From positions 17,732,001-17,796,000 of the forward strand of contig CM060733.1 in NCBI GenBank assembly GCA_030704615.1: 64,000 bases of DNA, written 5' to 3'. The stretch is from Takakia lepidozioides. Lineage: Eukaryota; Plantae; Bryophyta. The notes under the pieces were generated by a model, which ran no database searches, was not told the DNA's origin, and worked only from the letters and a program-made list of their open reading frames with translations. Every line of letters begins with the position of its first letter. Position 1 is the first letter of the stretch. The translations under genes were made by a program, and so were the position numbers. Below are positions 22,893 to 35,505 of the stretch, in pieces.

Positions 22893-23849
22893 TCCCTCAC
22901 TTCCTGCTCCTAAACAATACTTTACTTGTGGAACACGAAATCCTAATAAACACTACTGATACTAAACCCTCATCCTTTGCTGTGAATTTGCCTGCACAAC
23001 CATTTTCACATGTATATCCTTCACATGAGCACTGTAGTTTTTTTTAATTTGACACAACAAAGATGGGGAGGAGCCAAACTGGGTCCATCATACACTTGCA
23101 AATCCTTCACAGTGCCCTACTGCAAATGTAGTTTATCGGAGGTGGAGGTCTTCAAAAAAGACCCCAGTGCAAAGTTTGGGAGCTTGTGAAGATAATTATT
23201 GTTCTGCAAGTTGTTGGGTTTGAGGATTTCAAGAAGAGCTCGGGTGACAACCAGGCAAGCGGTGCATGTGTGGAGCATGCTTTATATTGGGCCAAAACAT
23301 CTCAATACTAGATTTCTATATGAATGTGCTGTTGGTTGTAAATACGTGCAATCATATCTTTAATAAGCAGCAAGATACACAACATTTGATACAATCAGGA
23401 AGTTGCATTCAAATTATTTTTGTAGTTATTTTCTATTTCATAGCTGGATATTGGAAATGTCATAGGCAAATATGCCTCAAGCACTTAAGGTATAGACTTT
23501 GATACTTGTGTCGATTCCTGCATTCTATTTTTCTCTCTTCCAAGTTACATTGAGTGACATACTAAAAGCAAAAGCAAGCGTGGACTTGTGTATTACTCAT
23601 CTCGCACTGTGAATGGAAAAAGATATGATATTGAGGACGTAGATATCAACTGAATCCGGTGGACACAACCCTTGGGCGCAATATACGAGAAGACTACGGT
23701 TTTTGGTTTCTAGAAAAGTTATCTACAACTTTGGACATTGTGATCAGAGTGAAAATTATCCATAAACTACATTTCACAAGACACCTACTGTTGGATAGTT
23801 TAGTATCTGTTAGGACTAATTGCTCAATAATTTTTTTAAATCACATAAA

Positions 23850-24240
23850 GGAATGAGATTTTGTGTAGCAGCAATTGTTTTTTGAACACTATGCCTTTGC
23901 CCACCGTGTTGTTTTTTACATAATGGTAATGCCTAGTCCAAACAAATTTCAGAGATATGTATGCGAAAGTGGCCAACTGGTCAGTTTGGAAAGACAAAGA
24001 CTGCATTGACCATGATATTGGTTTTGAACAAAACAATATGATGAAAGGAGAACTGATTCTTTTGGGTTCCCACCAACCATCCCGATCTCTCATTAGTAAA
24101 TGTACTAAGAATGTGGATTTACGATATGTCTTTCATGACAATCCACCGCAATATATTTTGGAATTTATGTGGCATGGCACCATGGGCGTTGTTCACAGTA
24201 ATATGTTTTGGATTTGCCTTAGATGAGCACAGAACAAGAA
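23850..24240 (-). mobile_element. Degenerate Ty1/copia RT-RNase H remnant
   Basis: Remnants resembling KxILRY, LFCSKPISWS and RHYHYVK...GIVF of copia RNase H. Confidence 0.45.
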
Positions 24241-24375
24241 AGACTAAGGTATATATATATATGCAGGTGAAAAACTAATTTGCTAAATGCGAATATAACC
24301 AGCTTTGCACACAGAAGTATGTCATTTCTATCCTAGAAACTAAAAATGATTGGTTAACCATTCATACAGCCTCAC

Positions 24376-24560
24376 CTTGCCAGACCTGTTGTCCCACCAC
24401 CGCAAAGGATCTGACATGAACTCCTGACAAAGATATCCTATGCTTATTGCTTGGCCTGTATCCAAAAACAGTTATCTATAGCCACAATGATACTGCGTGA
24501 CTTCCACGAGACTCTCTTTCTTTCTCCTTATGAAATTGGAGTCTTCTTACATCTCTGTTC
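24376..24560 (-). pseudogene. Organellar ssDNA-binding (OSB) PDF-motif exon fragment
   Basis: LCQEFMSDPLRWWDNRSGK followed by a GTGAG donor matches the PDF motif LW..F..P..WWDNR..K; upstream part is degenerate. Confidence 0.6.
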
Positions 24561-27500
24561 CATCTGGGCTACAGCCATGGCGCTGGGAATTCCTAGCATG
24601 ATGTCTGTACCAGCACTTACATGAACACTGAAATTGCATGAGCCGCGTGATACGCGAAGCAAAAAGTCCGTCAGTCTGCCTTGTTTAAACAAGGTGTCTC
24701 GCGGGGGCTCTCAAATAATCCACGTCTCTCTCTCACAAGTATATACACACAAAATTTCTTCCCAAACATGGACTGGAAAGAGGAGAGATAACACAAGTTT
24801 CATACATTTGAAGAGATGCTGAAGAGCTAATGGAAGAGGAGAAGGATGTCAATTACACCCACGTTCATCTACAACATTACATGATCATAACCTGAAATCC
24901 TCCAACAGAAGTGGGTGTAGATTATGTTGGGATTGGGCAACCAAAATCTGGAGCATGATTAGACTAGCTCCTCTACACACAATTTTCAGCCCAAAAAACC
25001 ATTGCAGAGAATTGTATGTCCATACCATTGTTCGGCTCTGTTGGAGGCATCACAGACATAACGAGAAATGGTCTGGAGCCATGCGGTGTCACAGTGGATA
25101 CCCATGTCAGCTCCCCACCCTGGTTCCTTGCTCTGCTCCATGATGTGAGGCCTCCTGCCCGTTCACAGCAAGGGGAAGACAGGCCCCTGGGTATAGCCTC
25201 TACCTGCGCGCTCAGAAGAGCACCGGTGCATGCTGCCATTCCTGTGCCTTGTTATTTGAAAGATGGGATGAGAGAGTCATCAAGTCTCTCAAACAAAGGA
25301 TCACTACCCTCGGGGTTGGGGACAGCTCAGAGTTGGGATGAAAATTTGTACCAAGCCTTACGGGCATATAGGGTGGGGGTAGGCAAGTACCAAGTTTTCC
25401 CGTATCAAGTAATGACAGGATGGGTGCCAAGGCTTGGGATAGACAACCAATTTCAAGGGCTTCTGACCACCATAAACCTGGATGACACACTAGAATGCAT
25501 CATATTCGCTAGCGACCATCCAAATATATATTTGAGTTTATGGAAGAGGTTAGTTGGCAAAAAATTAAAACTTAAAAAATATTTTTGTTTGAAACTCATT
25601 TTCCCTGTTTTTTTTTATATTATATATCTTATCCCAAAAAAACGTTAGTGTTAGTAGTGCCGGATGGCTTGTGGAGTGTCAAGTGAGGAGAAATTTGTGA
25701 TTGAATCGCAAATATTTTTATGTGAGCATGTTTTTATTATGCCATATTAAAGGATATTCCTATAATGTGGAATATCGCAAGCTCACTCGCTACCCAACCT
25801 CTCCTCAAACTTATGAATTTAAAGGAAACACAATGATGATTTGGATTAAATTATATGATAGTTTAATATCAAATAAATATAAATATCTAAAAGTTTTTTA
25901 AAGATTACAAATCTATGGGATTGAAAATGAAAATAATAGGAGAAACATGCATGCGAAAAAAAAGTAATATTGCAAAATACTATGACTTGATTGTGAAATA
26001 TCTACTAACACACACAAATCTGATAATAAATCTGTTAAAGTTTAATTGTAGAAATCCAACTTATTTGAAGTTCTTAAGCATATAATTAGTCTCCACATCA
26101 ATTTGACTGAAGAGACATTTGTCTTATCTTGTGTATCACTAGAGCGTATGGAACATCGAGGTGGGATCTCACTCTTCTAGGTCGATACCCACCCATTCTC
26201 TTTTTTCTTAAGAGTTGTAGGTGATGGAGAGCTATTGAGGGCTCTTGGAAGTCGCTTCACACTAATAACTCGTCTACGTCTATTTGTACTCTCTTGGTTT
26301 CGTATCCTTTCTAGGCCTTTACATTGAGCACTCAAAGCGCTTGACAAGAAAGGATTTGAATGGAGATTGGTACTCAAATCAGGCCCCATTGCCAAACCAT
26401 CATTGAAACTTTCAACATCTAGTATATCATTTTCACTAGATTCTTCACTAAAACTATTGAAAGTTGGACTTTGTTGCTTGAACAACAATCCCTTTCCCTC
26501 GAGCATAATCGGATTATCTTCCTTTTCTACTAATGGTTTTATGGCGTTTGGTTTGAAAGCAATAGATTTTATTTTTTCAACAATCAAGGTAGGAAGAACA
26601 CTCTCTTGGTGTTGTTTGCTTGTGCTCAAAAGACCCCAATGCTTGGTTGGAACAATGTTGGTACCTAGCCTCCGATAGTGATGTTGTTTTTCTAGACCTA
26701 CATGTCAAACGACATAGTTTGTTAACAATTTATGTGAGATAATTTTATAAATAGTAAATAAAGTGTTAACAAATTGTAATAACCACTGAAGAAGTTCTAC
26801 TTCCATTTGACAACAAAGTAATATTAACTTGAAGTGAGTAAAAAACTTATTTGTTTGCATCTTTCTAATGCCCTTTTTTTTACCGGGCTGAAATTATCTT
26901 AGTCTAATCAAATCCTAAGTAGTATGAAAACCACTAGTTCCATTGATTGAAATTTTTGATCACACTATTTATCTATAGATGTAATCTGATAGTTATACAT
27001 ACTTTAATATAGAACTCTATTACAAGTACTATTGGGGGCAGACAGGTACCTTGTTGTTGAAGAGAAATGGTTGTTTTGGCTGACTTGACTTTTCGCTTTA
27101 GAACCTTCAAGAGCAACTCGTGCTCCCTACATTTACAGTAGGTGCTCAATATCAGTTACGAAATTACTTAACTACCACAAGTTTTCTATCATTGCAATCT
27201 CTTATAGGCCCTATCAAGTTAATGATAGAAATTGCCAAATGTATGTCTAAAAATATTATACAAAATTAGGCTAGATTTTACAAATACAATCTAGAATTAG
27301 CATTAGTGAGATTAAGGTTACATGTAATACTTGCCCTTAGTCCCTTAATAATGTTGTGCTCATAGCTGAGGTTAAGATTACTGATAACAAAATTGCAACA
27401 ACTTCTGAAAATTTGTTGAAGTGATTTTTGTGCGTCTACTCAAAATAGTTATGAGAATTAACTTAGAGAGTCAATATTGACATTTCGTCTAGATGGGTGA

Positions 27501-29997
27501 GAAAATAATAGTTTTCTTAAGATCGTAAGTACATAATAATATTTCATGATTTGCCAAACAATGATAATCATGTAATAAGAAAATATAGATTAATTCCATA
27601 CCATTGTTCTACAAGCCGGTTTGGATTGCGTCGAGGTTGAAACATTTTGATAACAACTAGAATATTCTAGGTGCATCATATATTATATTTGTACATCTAT
27701 GATGTAGCTTCGTAAATAAATGAGCATCTAGTTCACTTCGTATTGAGTATCCATTTGCTTTGTTCGAAAATGAAACATATAATGACATTTAGTCTAGTTA
27801 GAATTTTATTCATATCTATAGCAATTCCAAACGTACTAGTGATATGAATTTATCTTTATATTTCTTAATGCAAATTTTGTCACATTTGTAGTGAGTTGTA
27901 ACATATTATCTCCCAGCATGTCAATTGTGAAAACTACACAAGCAACTAGTGATTAACAAGAAAAAACCTTCAATAGTACATGCAAAACTAAGTGCAAATC
28001 AATAATCAGTACCCTAGAGGGGTAATGCCAGCAAGGATAAGTGATTATTATTTACAGGGACTTCAGCTAGAGTCTTCTCTTCTACAGGTACTTATGCGCC
28101 TTGAGGTATGACAATTGAAGGAGTCTTTTCAAATGTCTAGTCTCAAAACTTGAAGAATACAAAATTGTAAATTTACCCTTTCAGCTAGCAGCATAGAAGC
28201 TTTTGTAAATAAAAACAATATTGAGATTGAAGCAAATATTATGTTTTAAATTGCATTTAATTCTATGTCAATTTCACATCTGAAGCTGCATTCAATTCGT
28301 GTCTTGTGAGCCACTTGAAACAAATAGACTTCATATTTAAGTATCACTTCCAAAATAATAACTACTACAATTTATAACCACTAAGTAGTTGACCTTTCAT
28401 CTCCAATTGACCTCTTCATCCATAAGTCGTTCTTATGACATGGTGAGTTAACCACAAGATCTGATGAGGTAGCACAAGATACTCACAACCTTTATCCACT
28501 AAGACCATGACCTTTCATGCAGCTATGTGAAGAGTCTAGAGTCTTTTCAATGGCAGTTTATTTATTTGAACACACGTTCTTTCTAATAACATGCCAGCAA
28601 GAAACAAACCTAATTCCTATAACAATCTCTTCATAAGGTAGTCCAAGAAGATGTATTAATATATCATTTCTATGAGCATATGAAACTCTTTACTATGGTC
28701 GACATTTGATGTCTTATTGTTGTCGTATAAAAGTAAAGTTACTAATGTTGACGGAGACGGCTATAAATACATGTTTTCAGCTGATTCATGTGAGAACAGT
28801 TATAGACATGATTATTTATTTCATCCATAGGTGATGAGAGATAACAATTATCTTTTATTCCAGAGAAACAATATATGAGAGATGGAAAAAGTTACTACTT
28901 AATTAGTATTTAAGATGGAATTTGAGTAGTTACAAGAAGTGATAAACCATTCAGTTATCTAGTTTATAATATGTTAAGTATATAAACGTATATCTAATGA
29001 TACCTATATCATCATTAATATCTATACTATAGTCTAAATACAAAAGATGTTACTACTTTAAGCTCTTTAGTACATTTGATGTTTGAACCTAGCGTGTAAT
29101 TGTTAAGGTTGTGACATTCAAAAACTTCAATTTCAAACAAACAACGATTTTGATGACCAAATATTTGAAGACAATCTAATGCTCTTGAAAGCTCTTGAAA
29201 CTTTACTTGAATGTATATCAATCAAGATGACATTCATGAGCTACACAAATGAGAATTCTCCAAACGGAGACAAGCTGCCATTACCATCATTTATATAAAC
29301 CATGATTATAGTGTTTGATTAAGTGGGTTGTAATCTAATTCATTACTGATATTTTAGCCAAGGCTGGCTTAAGAGGTTAAAAAAAATAAACTAAAAAATT
29401 TACATTTCTACATGGAGTCAATCAGTTTTCTTGCATTACATAACTCATGTTCATCATCCGTCTTATCATAGTTTGCTCGGCTCTAACAATCAAATTACTT
29501 GACAATATTTCTAGTATGGTTAACGATGGTTATGTGGTTGTTCAATACTTTAAATATTTTATTGATGGACACATACATTTTTATCTGATGATCATCCATT
29601 ATCTCCCCATAATCAACAAATTGCCATAATTTACTTTATTGATCATAATTCGCTTGAAAACTATCTGTTTATAATTCAAATTATTGTTGGTAAGGTCATT
29701 TGTTTGATCAACCACATTAAGTCTCGATTCATACATCTGTTCATGCTAGGAGCCTGAGCGTAAATGTCATGTTAAATTACCAAGCATCTCAATTCTATTT
29801 ATAAAACAATAGAACCATGTTATATTAAACTCTCATGTGGTGTGGTGCAGAAGCAGAGAACGCACTATTTTATGTTTCTTCATGTAAATTTCTTGCATTT
29901 TTATTTTCATAGACAACATCCTCTGATATAATAGTATATTGTATATTCTGTGAAACATAAAGTCATATCACTGATTTGTTCACTTTATAAATAAAAA

Positions 29998-30716
29998 ATG
30001 TCTATTCAGTATTTCACAATCCCTCCAGTCTATATGACAAAAGAAGAGAGAGAAATAGCTGACCTATGTGGGATTGATCCTAGAGTATTTATGGGCCAAT
30101 TTACAAGCAGAGCAAGAATTCAAGACTTTCTGAAGTATAATTTACAATTGCGACAAGACTTCCTTGAGAAATTTTGTGCTCTTCCAGCCTCAGGCAAGTC
30201 ACCAATGTAAAATCCGATCTCATTTTGCTGACACTTATATTGTCAATACCAAAAATGTAAAACTAATATTAATAAGTAAAAAGAAAAAGGAAGTAAAAAT
30301 AATAAAATTGGCCGACGTACAGTACCAAAGTAGAAATTCATGTAATATCAGTGGCTGAGTATATTTCTTACTACATCTATTTTACAGGTCACATTGTTTT
30401 CTTTTTGAGACATTTCAAAGAAGAATGCAACGTGTTCACCACCACAATGGAAGAAGCGAAGGAGAGACTAAAGACATGCACAAATGGCTGCAACATATCT
30501 CAAATGATTGACCTCTATTGGACTCATGGAATAGAACTTGCAACTATGCAACATCTATCATACGAACAACGCAATGAGATTCTAGAATTGCTAGAAGCCA
30601 TGAATCCAATTGACTTGAACAACTTGAATGACGACGGCTCGCCATTCTCGGTTAAATTTGTGGTATCTAAAGCAATAAATCAGCGTTCCGCAGTCCAAAA
30701 CATGAACTCAATATGA
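29998..30716 (+). CDS. Orphan two-exon gene, 174 aa, unknown function (exons 29998-30193, 30388-30716; GC-AG intron)
   Basis: CAG|GCAAGT donor and TTTTACAG| acceptor join two ORFs in phase 1 into an uninterrupted 525-nt frame inside very AT-rich DNA. Confidence 0.55.
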
Positions 30717-31756
30717 TACACTGAAACAATCATACATATGTAGTATTTTGTTTTGAGAATACGTATAATATATTTAGTATTGTTGTATTTAAGGATGTTT
30801 CTCATGGATGAAAAACGTCAGCTGAAGCGGTAGCTCGCACGTTTGGCACGTGGCGGGTCATCACGCCGCCCTGCCGGGGGTTTCCCGGCCCGGTGGCGAC
30901 CGGTTGGCCGAGATCGACTTCCACGTCACGGACACTCTTGCGGAGTGGGCGCCACGTTTCAGGATCTTATTAGATGATACGTGGCGCCGGGAAGGTCGCC
31001 GTTCACACTCGTTGTTGGCGCTGCGCTCCTCCTTTTGTGCTGCCTGGAAGCGCGTCAAATTCAGAGGCGCCGAGGAATCGTATGACAGCGAGGGTTTTCA
31101 GCGACAAGTTCGTCGTTTTCTGGTCCTCATTGTCTGCAAGATTTGCTTGTCTGTTTTTCTTCGGCGAGGTCGTCTGTACGTTGCGATCTTGCTGAACGTG
31201 GAGCCATACCGTGACTCCTCTTGCTGCATTCTTTTTCTTGTTCCTTTTTTTCTTCAGAGGCTGTACACGTTTGTGCCTCTTTCCATGTTCAGTTTACCCA
31301 CTCTTAGGTTTTGGAGCTTCGGCAGTGATCCGATTCCGATAATTATCTGTCTGGCGAGCGGCTGTCTAGCAATTGACTACCTGTGATCAAAGATTCCTGC
31401 TAGTCACATCGTAATAATAATCTTTTTCCCTGTCCGCGGAAACTCTCAGCTGCTTATATCTTCCTCCTATTCTTTCAGAAGCTACGTATACAAGTTTTCC
31501 TCCATTGGAATTCATTGGAGAGAAGTTCCTCAGAATGGTTGAAAGATTCTGTTTCGAAGGAACTATATACTGACTTCGTTCCCTATACCTGTAGTATCCA
31601 GTGTTTGGAGCAATTATTGTGTCCGTGAGCCGTCGTTTTACTCTTTTCTTCACATAGGTTCATCAGACATGCTCATACCTTCTAATTCTCCCGCCACATC
31701 TACGTTTTGAGGCTCGTGTTACTCAGTCTTCCCCAACCTTTTCTCTCCGTCTTTCC

Positions 31757-33751
31757 ATGACCACCGTTGGCGGGCTTCCCCCAAGTGTTCCTTCTCCTGT
31801 GGGACCTGTGGGAGAGGAAAAAGCGCTATGTGCTCCACATCATCAAAATGCAGGTACCAGATTAGAAGTCCCACCTATATTTGGAGAGACACATTTGTAG
31901 TACGAATTGCAGACATTGGTAGGGGAAGTGGTGAGAGTTCTCGAAAGGCAACATGTAGTTAAGCGATTGGGAAAAGGTGTGATTGAAAAGGGAGCAATGA
32001 AAATGTGGCATAAAGTAAACAGCATAAAAGAAGTAACTTGAAGGACTAAGCTGTGGACATTTCCAGTGAACTGGACTTGATCGTGAATCAGGGTAGTGGA
32101 ACAGGAAAGGAGGGCATCTCTTAGGGACGCTGACGCGGTTTCATGACTCTATGCGGCACTTTTACCAAAATGAATGTCTAACGAGCTGATATTCTCACTA
32201 CAGAGGACCTTCAGATTGTAAAGGAGGAAGATACACCGGGGAAACAAAGTTCCGATCTTTCCGGAAATCCCCCAAGGCCGTTGCCAAGAGCAGTAGGACA
32301 GCTTCCCTCTCGCCTTGCTGTAAGTCTTCCAGCCTAACTCCACATCTGTGATGCCTTCAAAATATTGCAGGTTTGTCTTCGGCGGCTGAAAGGTTTTATG
32401 GTGAGTGTTTAGTGCTGCAAGGCCATGTCTCTACTGTTTTCTAAACCCACCAGGCATTTGCAGCTCTCTATTGATTGACCTTTTCAGAATTTGTCATCAC
32501 CTACTTCAGAGTAAGGATTGTGAGATGAATGGTTCCCTTGGTTTGTTGGGGCCTAGCAATCAATGTGCATCACAACCTTTCCGAACTGCATTGTCTGCCT
32601 TTCTGGGTTCCTGTTTGCTTCTGATTATTAAACTCATAGGATTGTTTTGTCCTTGAGCAACTAAACAGAGCATTTTGATCTTGACATCGATGTATATCCA
32701 GACTTGCTCTAGATTAGCAATCCGATCAAGTACAATTATCCAGGGTTTGGGGGTACTCTGCACAGTTTGACTCAAATATTGGTGCCATTTTAGCCATAAA
32801 AGAAATACCCTAACTTCGTCTTCAGCTTGGGTTTCACAAACGAGTCGGTGTATACAATGAAGGGCATTGCTTTGTTTAGGTCGTAACACTTACCATTCTG
32901 AGGCTGTTTGCTTTGACTTGACTTGTAGGTTGTAGAACTTGATGAGGAACCTAGAAATGTCAAGACTGGTGATCTACTGGATTCTTGAGATGTTTGTCTA
33001 TGATCATTTCTGTGGTCATTGTTCAGTACTGAGGGTGGTCTAGAATCCACTGCTATATTATCTCTCTACCAAATTTGCTCCTGCCTTCAGTTATAAGGTG
33101 CTATGCTAGTTGTGTGTGAGCCTGGCCTCATGGTGAGGTCAAAGATTATGCAAGGTATCTCTGATTGATGACAGGCGTGCAAAGAAATACACTCAACATG
33201 TGAGATTTCAGATTGATGACAGGCGTGCAAAAGAAATACACTTGAGGTTGCCATGACAGCCTCAAAACCGGCTGGTGTAGTACTTAAGGATTCATCAAAG
33301 TCACCATCAATGCAGGTACACCCTATGTTGCCAGATTTGCTGAAACCTGTTTTGCATAGATCTTGCATTGGAGCATCATAAGCTAGTGAGCATTGGGCGC
33401 CCACAATCTGGCTTTCACAGGTTGTAGTCCTTTCCTGGAGTGTGCAGTAGACAGAGTTAGTTCAGGTTCGAGGTCAGGTTAGCCTTTTTCAAAACATCGC
33501 AAGATCTAAACATGTAGTATGCTGCTTCTGTTATCTTAATGCAGGAATGGGCTTTTGAGAACATCCCATCACCAATCAAAGTTCGTCGAGAAGGAAATTC
33601 ACATGATTCTTCACCTCCTGACCTATCTCCGCCTCCATCACCAAAACGCATGCGAGAGGTTGCCCACAAAGAGGACTTGCAGGATATTGAGTTTATTGCT
33701 GCTCTACCTCGCACAAATTTTGGTTTACCTCGATCGCAATCAACCTTCTAG
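31757..33751 (+). CDS. Ser/Pro-rich protein of unknown function, ~153-157 aa (exons 31757-31853, 32215-32319, 32371-32400, 32488-32510, optional 33466-33477, 33545-33751)
   Basis: Canonical GT-AG sites give consistent phases and one open frame MTTVGGLPP...SPC-CLSSAAERFY-EFVITYFR-(VRGQ)-EWAFENIPSPIK...SQSTF*. GC-rich promoter-like DNA with a G-box lies at ~30830-31200. Confidence 0.6.
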
Positions 33752-35505
33752 CCTTTCAGACTGTTCGGCTACTTATTAACGACTTCAATTGGCCTTTCAA
33801 ATCCATTTGTAGACTGTAGTCTTTCTCCACTGGAAAGGCATTCGTCAATCTTGAAGTGTCCTTGTCACTCTCATAAACTTCAGAGGGTATACATTGACTT
33901 CTCCCAGCATCGTCATTCAGTCAGTAAAGCCTTCGACTCATGTAAGCCTAGAATGTGATGTCAGGCTGTAAGAACATTTATAAAGGTCTACTGACCAGTG
34001 GCAGGTAGCAGGCTTGCATTTTTCCTAGCAGCTACGGGGATTGATAAGGTGCCATCCATATCTTTCCAATTTGTATGACAAGGTTTGCTAGTTTCCATTG
34101 TGTTCCCAACTTTTAGTTGGCTAGTATATGCCGAGTTTGGAGAACATGTCCTGCTATTTGCTGAGAATATTTTATATGTAGCTATGCATCTCTCAGTATA
34201 TATACAGTATGATCTCCCTGGGACTGTCTGAAGAAATTGATGTCTTTTGACTCTTGCGAGTTGCCAATTTTCTCTATACATCCAATTCAATGTACCTCAT
34301 GGATTTGAGCCTTTATTTATTTTGGGTTTTGAGGAAGCCGTGCCCTCCTTCGTGCGATGAGTGTATGTTTTTGGTGTACAACACGCAGCCACAGCATGCC
34401 AGTTGGTTGTCTTCTTGGTGCAGGTTTGGTGGTTACCGTGAACATCAGTGAGGGCCTGATGGTTGGAAGAGAGCCCAACAGATACAAAGTGTATTTGTTG
34501 AAGTGTTGCCATTGACATGTTGGAATAGCAGTAAGGCCTATCAACCAGGTAGACGTTGTAGGTGGACATTGTTGATCATACTGACCCGTGTTCTTTTGCT
34601 TTCAGGACCACCAGGGTCCTCAGATCACCCTTTCATCCATGGCTCATAGCTGGAAATATGTCCGGGCATTGACATTTGGAGATATATTCCCGGGGTCTTA
34701 GTTTTATGGTAGTGCAGCTGGTGATTTCTTTTCTGCCAGTTCACTTCATTGCTCTGAAATATCTGCGTTTTAAAGTAAGCCTTCCCTTGCATGGTACTGG
34801 TTAAATTGAGTCTTCAAAACCAATGCATCATATACAGATGGTCCACAGACACAGATGGTAGAGTTCTTTATGTCCATGGTGTTAGACTGCAGAGCCTTCA
34901 AGGTGAGAGATCTTGCTTGGATGGAGTCATCCTCACTCATGACACGGATAAATGCAATTCATGGTTTGAACTAGTTACTTCTGCACTATGTGGTTGTATG
35001 AAGAGAGGAGCTGTACAAATTGTTATTCTTAGCAGAGATTGTCCGCTGGGATGCCTTCAAAGTCCATGCAGGGGAAAATTTGATGCATAGAAACCCAGTG
35101 GCAGGAGCGTTTGCCCTTATTTGAATGGAATTCCACTCTCAAAGGGGGAGAGAAACAACACTATCTAATAAATAGATACCAACTACAAGTTGTCCAATAA
35201 GTGTACAGTGATGATGTGTCTGGATATTACAGGAGTGTTTGTGGCCACCTTCCAACAAAACTGCGAGCTTACTTTCCAGAGGTTGGAGTGTGCTTTGAGG
35301 CTGTTGGGGAGATAGTCAAAGCTTATGGTGTATTTGAATACTGATAGGTTTCAACTTAGCATCTGTAACAAGTCTAGTTGTGGTGTTTGCATGTCAGAAC
35401 TAGCTGATCTTGTGTGAGCTATGTAACTGAGTCTTTCTATCTGTCTAATTTGCTTTTCCTGATGTTATGCCTAAAGAGGACAAGGTGGAGAAGTTGCCAT
35501 CCAAA

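Noticed and set aside
25016-25648. 210-aa plus-strand ORF as a gene
   Set aside because: No recognisable domain; it crosses a sharp composition boundary into AT-rich DNA.
25488-25659. Small CACTA element (CACTA...TAGTG)
   Set aside because: TIRs match for only 5 bp and the 3-bp flanks differ.
29027-29290. OTU protease-like remnant
   Set aside because: Only a few residues resemble the motif, and the catalytic GDGNC is not in frame.
35100-35230. VYSDD read as a negative-strand RNA virus RdRp motif C
   Set aside because: No open frame or convincing A/B motifs; it lies in the 3' region between two convergent spliced genes.
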